From positions 4,864,001 to 4,928,000 of the forward strand of contig OZ242029.1 in assembly GCA_965205015.1 (NCBI GenBank): a DNA stretch of 64,000 nucleotides, in the 5' to 3' direction. Each line of letters starts with the position of its first letter. Positions within the stretch are counted from its first letter, which is position 1. Shown piece by piece: positions 27,969 to 39,430 of this stretch. This DNA comes from Candidatus Poribacteria bacterium (GTDB lineage: Bacteria; Poribacteria; WGA-4E; WGA-3G). The notes beneath the pieces are model-generated. The model was not told where the DNA came from and searched no databases. It was given only the letters and a program-made list of their open reading frames with translations. Made by a program: the position numbers and the translations under genes.

Positions 27969-28340
27969 ATGCCAACCATTAATCAATTAATCAAAAAACC
28001 GCGCAAAAAGTCCCGGAAAAAAACGAAATCTCCGGTACTGGAGCAGTGTCCCCAGCGGCGCGGTATCTGTTTACAGGTAAAAACAGTAACACCGAACAAA
28101 CCGAATTCGGCACTGCGTAAAGTCGCCCGGGTGCGGTTCACCAGTGGCTACGAAGCGACGTGTTACATTCCGGGGATCGATCATAATCTTCAAGAACACT
28201 CAGTCGTTTTAGTCCGGGGCGGGAGAGTGAAAGACCTTTCTAATGTACGCTACCACATCGTCCGCGGCAAATTGGATACAGCAGGTGTCGATAACCGTCG
28301 CCAAGGTCGTTCAAAGTACGGCGCACGGAAACCGGCTTAA
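27969..28340 (+). CDS. rpsL: 30S ribosomal protein S12
   Basis: MPTINQL...[11 protein letters not shown]...[17 protein letters not shown]...RSKYG. Confidence 0.98.
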   Translation: MPTINQLIKKPRKKSRKKTKSPVLEQCPQRRGICLQVKTVTPNKPNSALRKVARVRFTSGYEATCYIPGIDHNLQEHSVVLVRGGRVKDLSNVRYHIVRGKLDTAGVDNRRQGRSKYGARKPA

Positions 28341-28358
28341 ACAGCGGAGGAAGCGTAA

Positions 28359-28829
28359 ATGCCGAGGCGTGGAAACATCAGCAAACGGGATGTCAGTCCT
28401 GACGCGAAATTTAACAGCAAGTTGGTATCAAAATTCATCAATAGCCTCATGTTGGATGGCAAGAAAAGCACGGCGCAATCAATCCTATATGAGAGTTTTG
28501 AGATTATTGAATCCCGGTCAAACGAAGACGGCTTTGCCGTGTTCCGTCAAGCCATCAACAATGTCAAACCGGTATTAGAAATTAGGCCCCGGCGTGTCGG
28601 CAGCCAGACGTATCAAGTGCCTGTTGATGTAAAAGCGGAACGGAAACAGCGGTTGGCTTTTAGTTGGATTATTCAATCCGCTCGCGCCCGTGGCGAAAGA
28701 CGGATGTCAGAACGCCTTGCCGGCGAAATACTTGAAGCGTCGCAGAACGAGGGTGGTGCCATTCGTCGGAAAATGGATCAGCACCGAATGGCAGAAGCGA
28801 ACCGAGCTTTTGCACATTATCGATGGTAA
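28359..28829 (+). CDS. rpsG: 30S ribosomal protein S7
   Basis: MPRR...DGKKS...RRVG..TYQVP...HRMAEANRAFAHYRW. Confidence 0.98.
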   Translation: MPRRGNISKRDVSPDAKFNSKLVSKFINSLMLDGKKSTAQSILYESFEIIESRSNEDGFAVFRQAINNVKPVLEIRPRRVGSQTYQVPVDVKAERKQRLAFSWIIQSARARGERRMSERLAGEILEASQNEGGAIRRKMDQHRMAEANRAFAHYRW

Positions 28830-28883
28830 AAAATGCGTCCTGGCTTACGCCGAGTCGTTAACACACAAAAGGAGTCTCCAACC

Positions 28884-31001
28884 GTGGCGGAGAAAAAAAA
28901 TAGCAACCCCCAACGCTTAGAACTGCCCCATATGCGAAATATCGGCATTATGGCACACATTGATGCCGGAAAGACGACTGTCACTGAACGCATCCTCTAT
29001 TATACCGGTAAAGTCTATCGGATCGGGGATGTCGACGATGGCACCACTGCCATGGATTGGATGGTGCAAGAACAGGAACGCGGCATTACGATTACTGCCG
29101 CTGCGACAACCTGTCAGTGGAAGAAACACCAAATCAATATCATCGATACACCGGGGCATATTGACTTTACCGTTGAAGTCGAACGCTCTCTTCGTGTCCT
29201 CGACGGCGCAGTCGCAGTTTTTTGCGCAGTTGGCGGCGTTGAACCCCAATCTGAAACTGTTTGGAGACAAGCAGATAAATACAACACACCCCGCATCGCA
29301 TTTGTCAATAAAATGGATCGAACCGGTGCCGATTTCTTCCGCACCGTTGAAATGATGGAAGAACGCCTCGGTGCTACAGCGATACCCCTGCAACTTCCAA
29401 TCGGTTCGGCAGAACAATTCACAGGGATCGTAGACCTCATTTCCATGAAGGGGCAGATCTGGAACGTAGGCACAGACGCAGGCAGCGATGGCACCGTCAT
29501 CCAAGAGACAGACATCCCCAGGGAAATGGAGGAAATGGCAGCCGAATACCGCGAACGGATGTTAGAGGCTATCGCCGATCACAACGAAGAACTTATGCTT
29601 AAATACTTGGATGGTGTTGAAGTTTCACCTGAAGAGATTAAAGTAGGAATGCGAAACGCTGTCCTTACCGGGAATGTCGTCCCTGTTCTTTGCGGAACGG
29701 CGCTAAAAAATAAAGGTGTACAACCCCTCTTAGATGCGATTGTCTCCTATCTACCAGCCCCGACCGACGTACCGCCTGTGGTAGGGTTTAATCCGAAAAC
29801 TGAAGAAGCGGAAACACGTCCGCCACATGACAATGAACCCTTCTGTGCATTGGCGTTCAAAATCATGACGGATCCGCACGTTGGCAAACTCACCTACTTA
29901 CGTGTGTATTCCGGTATCCTCAAGAAAGGCGATACCGTCTATAACAGTAAAACTGGAAAACACGAGCGGATTGGGCGGTTAATGCAGATGCACGCCAACA
30001 AACGGGAAGAACACCAAGCCGTTCACTCAGGCGACATCGCCGCCGTCATTGGGTTAAAAGACCTCTCAACGGGTGATACCCTCTGCGACCCGAAGGCACA
30101 TATCACATTAGAAACGATGGTGTTCCCGCTGCCGGTGATGTCTATCGCCATTGAGCCTCGAACGCAATCTGATATTGATAAACTGAATCTCGCTCTCTTG
30201 AAACTTGCTGAAGAAGATCCGACCTTTAAAGTGCATCAAGACAGCGAAACAGGACAAACCTTATTGTCCGGTATGGGTGAACTTCATCTTGAAATCATCG
30301 TTGATAGACTCGTCCGCGAGTTTAACGTCTCAGCGAATGTTGGCAACCCACAAGTCGCCTATCGGGAAACGATCCTTAAAGCCGTTAAATCTGTCGGGCG
30401 TTTCGTACGTCAATCTGGTGGTAGAGGCCAATTTGGACACGTTGTGCTTGAGGTCGAACCCCTTGAGAAAGGGACCGGTTTTGAATTCATTGACGAAACC
30501 AAAGGTGGCGTTATTCCGCAAGAATATATCCCCGCAGTGCGGAAAGGCGTTGAGAACGCAATGAATACGGGGATCTTAGCCGGCTATCCAGTTGTTGATG
30601 TGTTAGTAAGACTCGTAGACGGTTCACACCACGCCGTGGATTCATCAGAAATGGCGTTCTCTATAGCAGGTTCGATGGCGTTTAAAGACGCAATGAAGCG
30701 TGGTACGCCGACGCTTCTCGAACCGATTATGGACGTTGAAGTTATTGTCCCTGACGAATACCTCGGCAAAGTCATAGGCGATCTGAATTCGCGGCGTTCA
30801 CAGATACGTGAAACTGAAACGCAAGCGAAATCTCGTATTCAAGTTATTCGTGTTGATGTCCCGCTTTCAGAAATGTTTGGGTACGTCAAAACCCTTAGGT
30901 CACTCACACAGGGTAGAGCCAACTACTCTATGGAGTTTGCACATTATAACGAAGTCCCAACAAGCGTGATGGAAGATTTAATTTCATCAGCGAATCGTTA
31001 A
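28884..31001 (+). CDS. fusA: Elongation factor G
   Basis: [33 protein letters not shown] motifs; likely GTG start after AAGGAG. Confidence 0.98.
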   Translation: MAEKKNSNPQRLELPHMRNIGIMAHIDAGKTTVTERILYYTGKVYRIGDVDDGTTAMDWMVQEQERGITITAAATTCQWKKHQINIIDTPGHIDFTVEVERSLRVLDGAVAVFCAVGGVEPQSETVWRQADKYNTPRIAFVNKMDRTGADFFRTVEMMEERLGATAIPLQLPIGSAEQFTGIVDLISMKGQIWNVGTDAGSDGTVIQETDIPREMEEMAAEYRERMLEAIADHNEELMLKYLDGVEVSPEEIKVGMRNAVLTGNVVPVLCGTALKNKGVQPLLDAIVSYLPAPTDVPPVVGFNPKTEEAETRPPHDNEPFCALAFKIMTDPHVGKLTYLRVYSGILKKGDTVYNSKTGKHERIGRLMQMHANKREEHQAVHSGDIAAVIGLKDLSTGDTLCDPKAHITLETMVFPLPVMSIAIEPRTQSDIDKLNLALLKLAEEDPTFKVHQDSETGQTLLSGMGELHLEIIVDRLVREFNVSANVGNPQVAYRETILKAVKSVGRFVRQSGGRGQFGHVVLEVEPLEKGTGFEFIDETKGGVIPQEYIPAVRKGVENAMNTGILAGYPVVDVLVRLVDGSHHAVDSSEMAFSIAGSMAFKDAMKRGTPTLLEPIMDVEVIVPDEYLGKVIGDLNSRRSQIRETETQAKSRIQVIRVDVPLSEMFGYVKTLRSLTQGRANYSMEFAHYNEVPTSVMEDLISSANR

Positions 31002-31068
31002 GTAGTTTTTAAGGTGTCCGAACTGTTGGAATGTTCACATTTCCCACAAGCGGACACAGGATTTTAAT

Positions 31069-31130
31069 AGTTATCAGGGCAGGTTGCTACGTAAACCTTT
31101 CAGTTGACTGAAAACCGATCACTGAAAACT
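31069..31130. repeat. Heptamer-armed palindromic intergenic element (TCAGTT.../...AACTGA family)
   Basis: AGTTATCAG...TCAGTTGACTGAAAACCGATCACTGAAAACT, the same family as the copies at 33728, 34826, 38203, 42591, 46306 and 47896. Confidence 0.55.
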
Positions 31131-31191
31131 TGCGCAGCAGTCGAATTGATAACCCATATAACAATAAACTTTTAGTGGAGCTCGGACAAAA

Positions 31192-32391
31192 ATGGCTAAA
31201 GAAACGTTTGAAAGGACTAAACCACACGTCAATGTTGGAACAATTGGCCACGTTGACCACGGTAAGACAACGTTAACAGCAGCAATTACGATGGTGCTTT
31301 CGAAACTCGCTGACGCAGACTACGTCATGGAGTACGACGAAATTGATAAGGCACCTGAAGAAAAAGAGCGTGGTATTACTATTAATACAGCACACGTTGA
31401 GTATGAAACCGAAAACCGGCATTACGCACACGTAGATTGTCCCGGACACGCCGACTATATCAAGAATATGATTACCGGTGCGGCACAAATGGACGGTGCA
31501 ATCCTCGTCGTATCCGCCGCTGACGGTCCTATGCCTCAGACACGTGAGCACGTGCTACTGGCGCGACAGGTGAACGTCCCCTCTCTCGTCGTCTTCCTGA
31601 ATAAAGCAGACATGGTTGATGACGAAGAGCTGCTTGAACTTGTCGAATTGGAAGTTCGCGAATTACTCAGCGATTATGACTTCCCTGGCGACGATATTCC
31701 TATCATCGCGGGTTCTGCTCTTGAAGCCATGGAATCTGGGGGTGATCCCGAGCATGAAGCATGCCAACCCATTCTTGAACTCATGGCAGAGGTGGATGCC
31801 TATATCCCAGAACCGGTGCGCGATACAGATAGACCCTTCTTGATGCCGATTGAAGATATCTTCACCATCAGTGGACGTGGCACCGTTGTTACCGGTAGGG
31901 TTGAACGTGGCACCGTTGAAATCGGGAACACCGTTGAAATCGTCGGATTACGTGAAACACAAGACACTGTTGTTACAGGTGTTGAGATGTTTAACAAGAG
32001 CCTCAATGAAGGTCAAGCTGGCGACAACCTCGGTGCGCTCTTACGGGGTGTTGAACGCGATGAAGTCGAACGCGGACAAGTTTTGGCGGTCCCTGGGACA
32101 GTTACCCCACATACCGAATTTGAAGCTGAAGCCTACATCCTCACAAAAGATGAAGGCGGACGCTGGAATCCATTCTTTAGTGGATACAGACCGCAGTTCT
32201 ATTTCCGTACAACCGACGTAACCGGAGAGATGAATCTCCCAGAAGGCATCGAAATGATTATGCCTGGCGACAACGCACAGATCACCGTAAAACTTTCTAA
32301 ACCGATCGCAATGGAAGAACAACTTCGATTCGCAATCCGTGAAGGTGGACAGACAGTCGGTGCCGGTGTTGTTTCCAAAATTCTTGAATAA
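31192..32391 (+). CDS. tuf: Elongation factor Tu
   Basis: [36 protein letters not shown] motifs. Confidence 0.99.
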   Translation: MAKETFERTKPHVNVGTIGHVDHGKTTLTAAITMVLSKLADADYVMEYDEIDKAPEEKERGITINTAHVEYETENRHYAHVDCPGHADYIKNMITGAAQMDGAILVVSAADGPMPQTREHVLLARQVNVPSLVVFLNKADMVDDEELLELVELEVRELLSDYDFPGDDIPIIAGSALEAMESGGDPEHEACQPILELMAEVDAYIPEPVRDTDRPFLMPIEDIFTISGRGTVVTGRVERGTVEIGNTVEIVGLRETQDTVVTGVEMFNKSLNEGQAGDNLGALLRGVERDEVERGQVLAVPGTVTPHTEFEAEAYILTKDEGGRWNPFFSGYRPQFYFRTTDVTGEMNLPEGIEMIMPGDNAQITVKLSKPIAMEEQLRFAIREGGQTVGAGVVSKILE

Positions 32392-32508
32392 AACGATTGG
32401 GCGGTGCTGATGCACCGCCCTTTTTAAGTAATCAACACAGAGGATTCTTTACAGCAGCAAGATGTAATCTAATACGGTCGCTCTGGTTGATGAAGGCGAT
32501 ACCAAAAG

Positions 32509-32820
32509 ATGGATAATCAAAAAATTCGCATCCGGCTCAAGGCATTTGACTATCGGTTGTTAGACTTGTCGTCAAAGCAGATAGCAGACACTGCGAAACG
32601 TACAGGGGCAGCTGTTTCCGGTCCAATTCCATTGCCGACGAAAAAGCATATCTATACCGTTCAACGTTCTACGTTTAAAGATAAGAAGTCGCGTGAACAA
32701 TTTGAGATGCGGATTCATAAACGTCTGCTGGATATCTTAGAGACGACACCTAAAACTGTTGATGCCTTGATGCGCTTGGACCTGCCTGCAGGTGTCGATG
32801 TCAAAATTACGCTTCTATAG
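32509..32820 (+). CDS. rpsJ: 30S ribosomal protein S10
   Basis: [29 protein letters not shown]. Confidence 0.98.
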   Translation: MDNQKIRIRLKAFDYRLLDLSSKQIADTAKRTGAAVSGPIPLPTKKHIYTVQRSTFKDKKSREQFEMRIHKRLLDILETTPKTVDALMRLDLPAGVDVKITLL

Positions 32821-32840
32821 AAGCGGTCAGCAATCAGCCT

Positions 32841-33027
32841 GTAGGGGCAGGTCTTGTACCTGCCCAAAGGGGCAACCACCACAAGGGACGGGCAACCACA
32901 AGAGACGGGCAACCACAAGGATTGCCCCTACGCGACGGGCAACCACAAGGGACGGGCAACCACAAGGGACGGGCAACCACAAGGGATTGCCCCCACACGA
33001 CGGGCAACCACAAGGGATTGCCCCTAC
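32841..33027. repeat. REP/BIME-like array (GTAG-type) nested in a heptamer element
   Basis: GTAGGGGCAGGTCTTGTACCTGCCC followed by 7 copies of GGGCAACCAC(AAGGGAC), ending GCCCCTAC. No unique spacers. Confidence 0.85.
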
Positions 33028-33094
33028 TGGCTGTAAGGGTTTTCGTAGAAAACCTGCCCTGACGGCTGATGGGTATTAAAAAAGGCGAAAGAAA

Positions 33095-33730
33095 ATGGTT
33101 AATGGAATTATCGGTCGCAAAGTCGGCATGACACAAGTCTTTGAGGACTCAGGTAAAGCGGTGCCTGTTACCGTCATCCAAGCAGGTCCCTGCCCCATTG
33201 TCCAACTCAAAACACAAGAAAAAGATGGATATCAGGCAGTTCAATTGGGTTTCGGAGAGCAGAAAGAGAGTCGCATAAATAGTCCTAAACGCGGGCACTT
33301 TGCCAAAGCAGGCGTTGACCCGGCATTTGTGCTTCGGGAATTTCGAGTCCAGAGCCTTGAGGACGTGTCTGTAGGAAGTATCGTCGATGCAAGCGTCTTT
33401 TCAGCGGGTGAACGCGTTGACGTGACAGGTACCTCAAAGGGACGTGGTTTCTCCGGTGTCGTGAGACGTTGGAACTTCGCTGGTGGTAAGAAAACCCACG
33501 GCGGCGAGCAAGATTTGCGTCGTCCGGGTTCCATTGGCGCAAGCGCGACGCCTTCCCGAGTCTTTAAAGGAAAACGGATGGCGGGACGCCACGGTGCTAA
33601 ACGGCATACCGTCCAGAACTTACCCGTGATTCAAGCCGATCCTGAGCGCAATTTGTTGGTGGTCAAAGGAGCCGTTCCCGGACCCCCCAACGGGTTGTTG
33701 CTGATAAGAAAAGCATCTAAAGCTGAGTAG
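33095..33730 (+). CDS. rplC: 50S ribosomal protein L3
   Basis: [38 protein letters not shown]. Confidence 0.98.
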   Translation: MVNGIIGRKVGMTQVFEDSGKAVPVTVIQAGPCPIVQLKTQEKDGYQAVQLGFGEQKESRINSPKRGHFAKAGVDPAFVLREFRVQSLEDVSVGSIVDASVFSAGERVDVTGTSKGRGFSGVVRRWNFAGGKKTHGGEQDLRRPGSIGASATPSRVFKGKRMAGRHGAKRHTVQNLPVIQADPERNLLVVKGAVPGPPNGLLLIRKASKAE

Positions 33731-33828
33731 TTGTCGGTTGTCGGTTCGGTTTTTTCTAACGAAAAAACCTTTCAGTTGTCAGTAAGAAAAGAGGTTTCCT
33801 GTAACGCTGGCGTCTTAACTGAAAACTA
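33728..33828. repeat. Heptamer-armed intergenic element
   Basis: AGTTGTCGGTTGTCGGTT...TCAGTTGTCAGT...TAACTGAAAACT. Confidence 0.65.
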
Positions 33829-33843
33829 TTAAAAGAGGAAAAT

Positions 33844-34482
33844 ATGTCAACTTTAGACGTACACAACATATCCGGGGCAGTTCTCCGAGAAAAGGAATTA
33901 GCCGATACATTCATAGAGGCTGAAGTGAATGGTCATGTCATTCACCAATGCGTTGTTGCCTACCTCGCGAATCAGAGGCAAGGCACTGCCTCAACGAAAA
34001 CCCGGAGTGAAGTGAAAGGTAGCGGGAGAAAACTCTACCGCCAAAAAGGAACAGGTAGAGCGCGCGTCGGACACGCCAAGGCGCCAAATCGAGTACACGG
34101 CGGTGTAGCGTTCGGGCCGAAACCGCGGAGTTACCGGCAGGCTACCCCGAAACGGGTTCGCCACCTTGGACTTCACAGTGCACTCGCAGACAGGTTTCAG
34201 AACCAACAGTGCATTCTCGTTGAAGATTTCACACTTGAAAGACCCCGTACCAAAGACATAGTTAACATGCTAAAGGCGGTAAAGGTGGAAGGGAAAGTGC
34301 TGCTTGTTCTCGATGAACACAGCCCGAATATCAACCTCTCTGTCCGGAATATTCCACAAGTTAACAGCTGCACATGGAATCACCTCAACATCTATCAGGT
34401 GATGTGGCATGATACGCTGATAATTACCGAGAACGCCGCCGAGAAGTTAGAATCCAAATTCAGTTCAGATGCTGAAGGATAA
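33844..34482 (+). CDS. rplD: 50S ribosomal protein L4
   Basis: [32 protein letters not shown]. Confidence 0.97.
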   Translation: MSTLDVHNISGAVLREKELADTFIEAEVNGHVIHQCVVAYLANQRQGTASTKTRSEVKGSGRKLYRQKGTGRARVGHAKAPNRVHGGVAFGPKPRSYRQATPKRVRHLGLHSALADRFQNQQCILVEDFTLERPRTKDIVNMLKAVKVEGKVLLVLDEHSPNINLSVRNIPQVNSCTWNHLNIYQVMWHDTLIITENAAEKLESKFSSDAEG

Positions 34483-34487
34483 AACTG

Positions 34488-34787
34488 ATGAAAGATGTAT
34501 ATCAGGTCATATTACAACCGCTGATAACGGAGAAGAGCACGATACTCCGTGAATCTAATAAGTACGCATTCGTTGTCGATCGTAACGCAACGAAACCCCA
34601 GATTCGTCGAGCCGCGGAAGAATTATTTGACATTGAAGGGGATATCCTTAAAGTTCGCACAATGCGCGTTCGTGGTAAGCCCAAAGGTAAAATGTTGCGG
34701 TATCAACGGGGCAGAAAACCACACTGGAAGAAAGCGATTATTACCCTGAGAGAAGGTGCGACGATCCAAGCGTTTGAAACCATATAG
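34488..34787 (+). CDS. rplW: 50S ribosomal protein L23
   Basis: PLITEKS, ATKPQI, WKKAIITL; position in the S10 operon. Confidence 0.97.
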   Translation: MKDVYQVILQPLITEKSTILRESNKYAFVVDRNATKPQIRRAAEELFDIEGDILKVRTMRVRGKPKGKMLRYQRGRKPHWKKAIITLREGATIQAFETI

Positions 34788-34825
34788 GAATCGCATTGTC
34801 CCGCAAGCCCACACGCGGCTTGCGT

Positions 34826-34917
34826 CGCAATCAGCTATCAGCAAGAAGGTTTCCCGTATACCGCTGAACTTCTTGTAACTGAAGGTAGAAACCCCGTCCT
34901 GACGGCTGATAGTCACT
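34826..34917. repeat. Heptamer-armed intergenic element
   Basis: CAATCAGCTATCAGC...CTGACGGCTGATAG inverted arms. Confidence 0.6.
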
Positions 34918-34934
34918 AAAAAGAGGAAATCAGA

Positions 34935-35750
34935 GTGCCTAAAACTTACTCACCCATAACTCCAAGTCGCCGGTTCATGACTGGGTATACCTTTGAAGAG
35001 ATTACGCGGAGTAAACCAGAAAAATCTCTTGTCAAAGGCGCGAAACAGAAAGCCGGTCGAAACGCCCATGGTCGTTTAACCGTGAGACGCCGCGGTGGGG
35101 GACATAAGCGCAGATACCGGGTCATCGACTTCAAACGCGACAAGTTTGGCATTCCTGCCAAAGTTGCCGCAATTGAATATGATCCGAACCGGTCGGCGCA
35201 TATCGCCTTATTACACTACGTTGACGGCGAAAAACGTTACATTCTCGCCCCCGTCGGTGTTCAGGTTGGTGATATGCTACAGTCAGGCGAAGGTGCAGAA
35301 ATCCGTGCTGGCAACGCCTTACCTCTTGAGAAAATTCCCCTCGGCTCGTCAATCCATAATATAGAGATGCGTCCTGGGAAAGGTGGCCAACTCGTGCGGA
35401 GTGCTGGCGGTGCGGCACAGTTGGTCGACAGAGAAGGAAAGTACGCGCGTATTCGACTCCCCTCAGGTGAGATTCGTCTCGTCCCTGTGCAAGCCATGGC
35501 AACGCTCGGACAGATCGGGAACGTCAGCCAGATTGTTATCGGTAAAGCCGGACGCTCGAGATGGCTCGGAAAACGCCCGAAAGTTAGAGGCGTCGCTATG
35601 AATCCGATCGATCATCCGCATGGCGGTGGTGAAGGTAAAAGTTCCGGGGGTCGGCACCCCGTTACACCTTGGGGGGTCCCAACCAAAGGGTATAAGACCC
35701 GAAACCCGAAGAAGAAATCAAATCGGTACATCGTTGGGAAACGGAAATAG
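34935..35750 (+). CDS. rplB: 50S ribosomal protein L2
   Basis: [36 protein letters not shown]. Confidence 0.99.
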   Translation: MPKTYSPITPSRRFMTGYTFEEITRSKPEKSLVKGAKQKAGRNAHGRLTVRRRGGGHKRRYRVIDFKRDKFGIPAKVAAIEYDPNRSAHIALLHYVDGEKRYILAPVGVQVGDMLQSGEGAEIRAGNALPLEKIPLGSSIHNIEMRPGKGGQLVRSAGGAAQLVDREGKYARIRLPSGEIRLVPVQAMATLGQIGNVSQIVIGKAGRSRWLGKRPKVRGVAMNPIDHPHGGGEGKSSGGRHPVTPWGVPTKGYKTRNPKKKSNRYIVGKRK

Positions 35751-35781
35751 TCTTTTTAATTATACCTTAAGGAGCAACACA

Positions 35782-36054
35782 ATGGCGCGTTCTCTCAAAA
35801 AGGGACCTTACATAGACCCGAAACTTGCTAAGAAGATAGCCGCTATGGAACGTTCTGGCAGTAAACGGGTGGTGCGGACCTGGTCCCGCCGTTCAATGAT
35901 TACCCCTGAGTTGGTCGGGCACACTTTGGCAATATACAACGGGAAAAAATTTTTCCCCGTGTATATAACCGAGAATATGGTAGGACACAAACTCGGAGAA
36001 TTTTCGCCGACTCGTACCTTCCGTGCACACTCAGGTGGTGGCGGTAGAAGATAA
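35782..36054 (+). CDS. rpsS: 30S ribosomal protein S19
   Basis: [30 protein letters not shown]; AAGGAG RBS. Confidence 0.98.
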   Translation: MARSLKKGPYIDPKLAKKIAAMERSGSKRVVRTWSRRSMITPELVGHTLAIYNGKKFFPVYITENMVGHKLGEFSPTRTFRAHSGGGGRR

Positions 36055-36180
36055 CTTTGTGATAGCTTTCATCGTCCACCGAGGCTCTCCGCAACTTCAT
36101 CTTTTTATCAGATGATGCGCTTGGATGCTTGGTCGTGAATCACAATGAAACCCGAAAATTGCTTTTATTAGGAGACACTG

Positions 36181-36534
36181 ATGGAAGCCAGATCTAAGAT
36201 TAGGAACGCGTCGGTTGCGCCGCGGAAAGCACGTTTAGTAGCCGATCTCGTCCGTAATCAGTACGTTGAGGATGCGTTAAGTCAGCTGCGCTTTACGCAT
36301 AAAGCCGCGTCCCCTATAATTTACAAACTCATTCAGTCAGCAACTGCGAACGCGCAATATCAAGACCCGAACATCGATGTCACAAACTTATATGTTAAAG
36401 AGATTCGGGTTGATGAAGGGATTACGCGGAAATGGATACGTCCCCGGGCACGAGGTATGGCGAACAGAATCCTAAAACGGAGCAGCCATATCACTGTCGT
36501 CGTTGATGAGGAGAGTGGTGAGAATGGTGAGTAA
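36181..36534 (+). CDS. rplV: 50S ribosomal protein L22
   Basis: APRKARLVADLVR, RPRARG, KRSSHITVV. Confidence 0.97.
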   Translation: MEARSKIRNASVAPRKARLVADLVRNQYVEDALSQLRFTHKAASPIIYKLIQSATANAQYQDPNIDVTNLYVKEIRVDEGITRKWIRPRARGMANRILKRSSHITVVVDEESGENGE

Positions 36535-36613
36535 CGCTGCGCACTTACAAAACACCAACAGCACTGCTTGCACGCTACGTCGCGAACGGGGAAGAGCGCG
36601 ATAGGAGGTTTGC

Positions 36614-37429
36614 GTGGGACAAAAAACTCACCCGCGTGGGTTACGCTTAGGAATCATTGAGACGTGGGATTCAAAGTGGTACAGCGAGCGGAATTATGCC
36701 AAATGGCTCCATGAAGATTTTAAAATTCAGAAGTTCGTCAAAGAGGAACTTGCGCGTGCCGGTATTTCGCGTGTTGAAGTGGAACGCGTAGCAGATCGTT
36801 GCAGCATTAACATCCATACAGCACGCCCAGGTATTGTGATCGGGCGTCGCGGGGCAGAAGCTGAAAAGCTACAAGCGAAGCTCGAAAAAGAGGTCGGCTG
36901 TCCTGTACGGATTAATGTTTCAGAGATTAGAGAACCAGAACTCGATGCCCAACTCGTATCAGAAGACGTCGCGACACAAATAGAGCGTCGCGCCGGTTTT
37001 AAACAAGCGATGCGCCGGAAAATCTCTGGTTCGATACAAGCTGGGGCACTGGGGGTCAAGATCATGGTGAGTGGTAGACTGGACGGCAAGGAAATCGCCC
37101 GCGCTGAATCCAGTATTGAGGGACGAGTCCCTCTTCACACCCTCAGAGCAAACGTTGACTACGGTTTTACGGAAGCAAATACAACTTATGGTAAAATCGG
37201 GGTCAAGACATGGATCTTCAAAGGCGAAATTATCGGGGTCCCTGATAATTTGAAGGGAGCCCCCTCCGTCCGCCGTCAATCCGGACGCCGTGAGGATACA
37301 GGTTCCCAACGTCCTGAACGCCGCCGCGGCGATAGACGTTCTGGCTCCCGGCAATCCGGGGAACAGGGCAGAGGAAGAGGTCGGCGCCGACAGCGGCGAA
37401 GCGACGGCGGTTCCAGAAGGGATTCATAA
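36614..37429 (+). CDS. rpsC: 30S ribosomal protein S3 with long Arg/Gly-rich tail
   Basis: MGQKTHP.GLRLG, RPGIVIG, GRVPLHTLRA, YGKIGVKTWIF. Confidence 0.98.
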   Translation: MGQKTHPRGLRLGIIETWDSKWYSERNYAKWLHEDFKIQKFVKEELARAGISRVEVERVADRCSINIHTARPGIVIGRRGAEAEKLQAKLEKEVGCPVRINVSEIREPELDAQLVSEDVATQIERRAGFKQAMRRKISGSIQAGALGVKIMVSGRLDGKEIARAESSIEGRVPLHTLRANVDYGFTEANTTYGKIGVKTWIFKGEIIGVPDNLKGAPSVRRQSGRREDTGSQRPERRRGDRRSGSRQSGEQGRGRGRRRQRRSDGGSRRDS

Positions 37430-37468
37430 CCACAGGACAGAGGTCAGATTTTTAAGGAGGCATTTAAG

Positions 37469-37882
37469 ATGTTAATGCCCAAACGTGTGATGCGCCGCTA
37501 CGTGCATCGCGGAAAACGCCGGGGAAAGCCGCTTCGAGGTTCACAGATTAACTTCGGTGAATACGGCTTGCAGGCAATGGAAGCTGGTTGGATTACCAGC
37601 AATCAGATTGAATCGGCACGTATCGCTATCACGCGATATGTACGCCGTGGTGGAAAACTGTGGATTAAAATCTTTCCACATAAACCGCTCAGTAAACAAC
37701 CTGCTGAAACGCGCATGGGTAAGGGTAAGAAGGGACCCCCTGAACACTGGGTCGCCGTTGTTAAACCCGGCAGAATTCTCTATGAACTCAGCGGCGTTTC
37801 ACTTGAAGATGCAAAAGGGGCGATGGAACGAGCCGCCCACAAATTGCCAATCAAAACTAAGTTCGTTGCACGGAATGCGTAA
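37469..37882 (+). CDS. rplP: 50S ribosomal protein L16
   Basis: [31 protein letters not shown]. Confidence 0.98.
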   Translation: MLMPKRVMRRYVHRGKRRGKPLRGSQINFGEYGLQAMEAGWITSNQIESARIAITRYVRRGGKLWIKIFPHKPLSKQPAETRMGKGKKGPPEHWVAVVKPGRILYELSGVSLEDAKGAMERAAHKLPIKTKFVARNA

Positions 37883-38007
37883 TTTTGTCTGCTTCTACAG
37901 ACATTGCACCTCGCTGGGGTGCTTAAAAGGAATTCCTTTGAAACTCTCCAGCGGAGCGTCCTGTCTATAGTATCCGGTTTTGACAACGCACATGGAGGTT
38001 CGGAAAA

Positions 38008-38196
38008 ATGAAAGCGGATGAACTACGAGGAAAAACGACCGAAGAATTGGAAGGTGAACTGGAAACTCTGAAAGAGAATCTGTTTAACCAGAAATTCCGC
38101 AGTATTTTAGGGCAACAAGAGGACACGACGACTATCGGTAAGATTCGGAAGGACATCGCCCGCGTGAAAACCGTCCTACGACTTCGTTCAGAATAG
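38008..38196 (+). CDS. rpmC: 50S ribosomal protein L29
   Basis: MKADELR...IRKDIARVKT; synteny. Confidence 0.96.
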   Translation: MKADELRGKTTEELEGELETLKENLFNQKFRSILGQQEDTTTIGKIRKDIARVKTVLRLRSE

Positions 38197-38202
38197 TCAT
38201 CA

Positions 38203-38290
38203 CCCCTCAGCTGTCAGCAATCAGTAAAGAGGAAACCTTTGTGAAACGATCCGCTCTTAACTGACTGCTGAAAACCGACTGCTGATTGCT
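38203..38290. repeat. Heptamer-armed intergenic element
   Basis: TCAGCTGTCAGCAATCAGT-AAAGAG...CTCTT-AACTGACTGCTGAAAACCGACTGCTGATTGCT. Confidence 0.7.
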
Positions 38291-38326
38291 ATTCATCATA
38301 AGTTTTGACTGGTTTGGAGGATAAAG

Positions 38327-38602
38327 TTGAGCGAGGAAAGACGAAGACATCGCAAATTTCGGACAGGACTTGTTACCAGTAACAGTATGGATAAAACTGT
38401 CACAGTGTCGCTTGTACGGCGCTTTCAACATCCGCTTTACAAAAAGGTAGTCCGGAAAACGAAAAAGATTCTGGCTCACGATGAACAGAACAATTGTAAC
38501 GTCGGTGACGTGGTGCAGGTTGTCGAAACCCGACCGCTGAGTCGTCATAAACGGTGGCAGGTCCAAGCGATCGTAAGCACAAGGCAGGTCACCAACGATT
38601 AA
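38327..38602 (+). CDS. rpsQ: 30S ribosomal protein S17
   Basis: MDKTVTV, HPLYKK, AHDE, ETRPLS..KRW. Confidence 0.97.
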   Translation: MSEERRRHRKFRTGLVTSNSMDKTVTVSLVRRFQHPLYKKVVRKTKKILAHDEQNNCNVGDVVQVVETRPLSRHKRWQVQAIVSTRQVTND

Positions 38603-38760
38603 GAAGTGCCACCGACAGTGCGAGTGGTTTGTACTGCCCGATTTATAGGGCGCGAGACAGCGCACTATGGTTCGCAGGGCACTTGAGAAGAAAGGGTTTC
38701 ATCTTCACTCTGACGTTTCCAAAACACGCCGTTTTGAAGACGGTAGAGGAGAATACAAAA

Positions 38761-39129
38761 ATGGTTCAATCATATACTCGATTAACCTGTGCTGATAATA
38801 CCGGCGCAAGGAAGTTAATGTGCATTAGTGTGCTTGGCGGCACCCGTCGACGTTACGCGCGCGTAGGCGACGTAATTGTAGCAAGCATCAAGGAAGCTGT
38901 ACCCAATACGCAGGTAAAAGCCGGTGAAGTCGTTCGGGCAGTCGTCGTCCGCACGACGAAAGAATATCGACGCGCAGACGGTTCTTATATTAAGTTCGAT
39001 CAGAACGCTGCAGTTCTCATTGATCCGCAGAACCAACCGCGTGGCACTCGAATCTTTGGTCCCGTTGCACGTGAACTTAGAGAAAAGGCGTTCACCCGAA
39101 TTGTCTCGCTCGCACCCGAGGTTATTTAG
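38761..39129 (+). CDS. rplN: 50S ribosomal protein L14
   Basis: [25 protein letters not shown]; GGAG RBS before ATG 38761. Confidence 0.98.
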   Translation: MVQSYTRLTCADNTGARKLMCISVLGGTRRRYARVGDVIVASIKEAVPNTQVKAGEVVRAVVVRTTKEYRRADGSYIKFDQNAAVLIDPQNQPRGTRIFGPVARELREKAFTRIVSLAPEVI

Positions 39130-39139
39130 GAGGACAATT

Positions 39140-39373
39140 GTGGCACAGCAAAAACTACATATCAAAAAGAACGACACCGTCGTCGTCCTGAGTGGGCAAG
39201 ATCGCGGTAAAGAAGGCGTCGTTTTAGAGGTGTTCCCAAAGAAACAGCGAGCAATCGTTGAAGGTATTCATATCGTTGTCCGTCATCTCCGCCCCAACCA
39301 AGCCGGACAAGGCGGTGTCGTTGAACGCGAGGGCACCATTCACATTTCTAACCTTAAAAAGATTGATGGCTAA
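39140..39373 (+). CDS. rplX: 50S ribosomal protein L24 (short, 77 aa)
   Basis: GTG after AGGAGG; IKKNDTVVVLSGQDRGKEG KOW motif; IHISNL. Confidence 0.93.
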   Translation: MAQQKLHIKKNDTVVVLSGQDRGKEGVVLEVFPKKQRAIVEGIHIVVRHLRPNQAGQGGVVEREGTIHISNLKKIDG

Positions 39374-39430
39374 GCGTCAATAGCCACAGCCATTCTACGG
39401 AATATGCAATCTCTATAGGATACAAGGCTT

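Noticed and set aside
32841-33027. Possible CRISPR array
   Set aside because: Repeats are adjacent 17-bp units with no unique spacers, and there are no cas genes. It matches a GTAG REP pattern.
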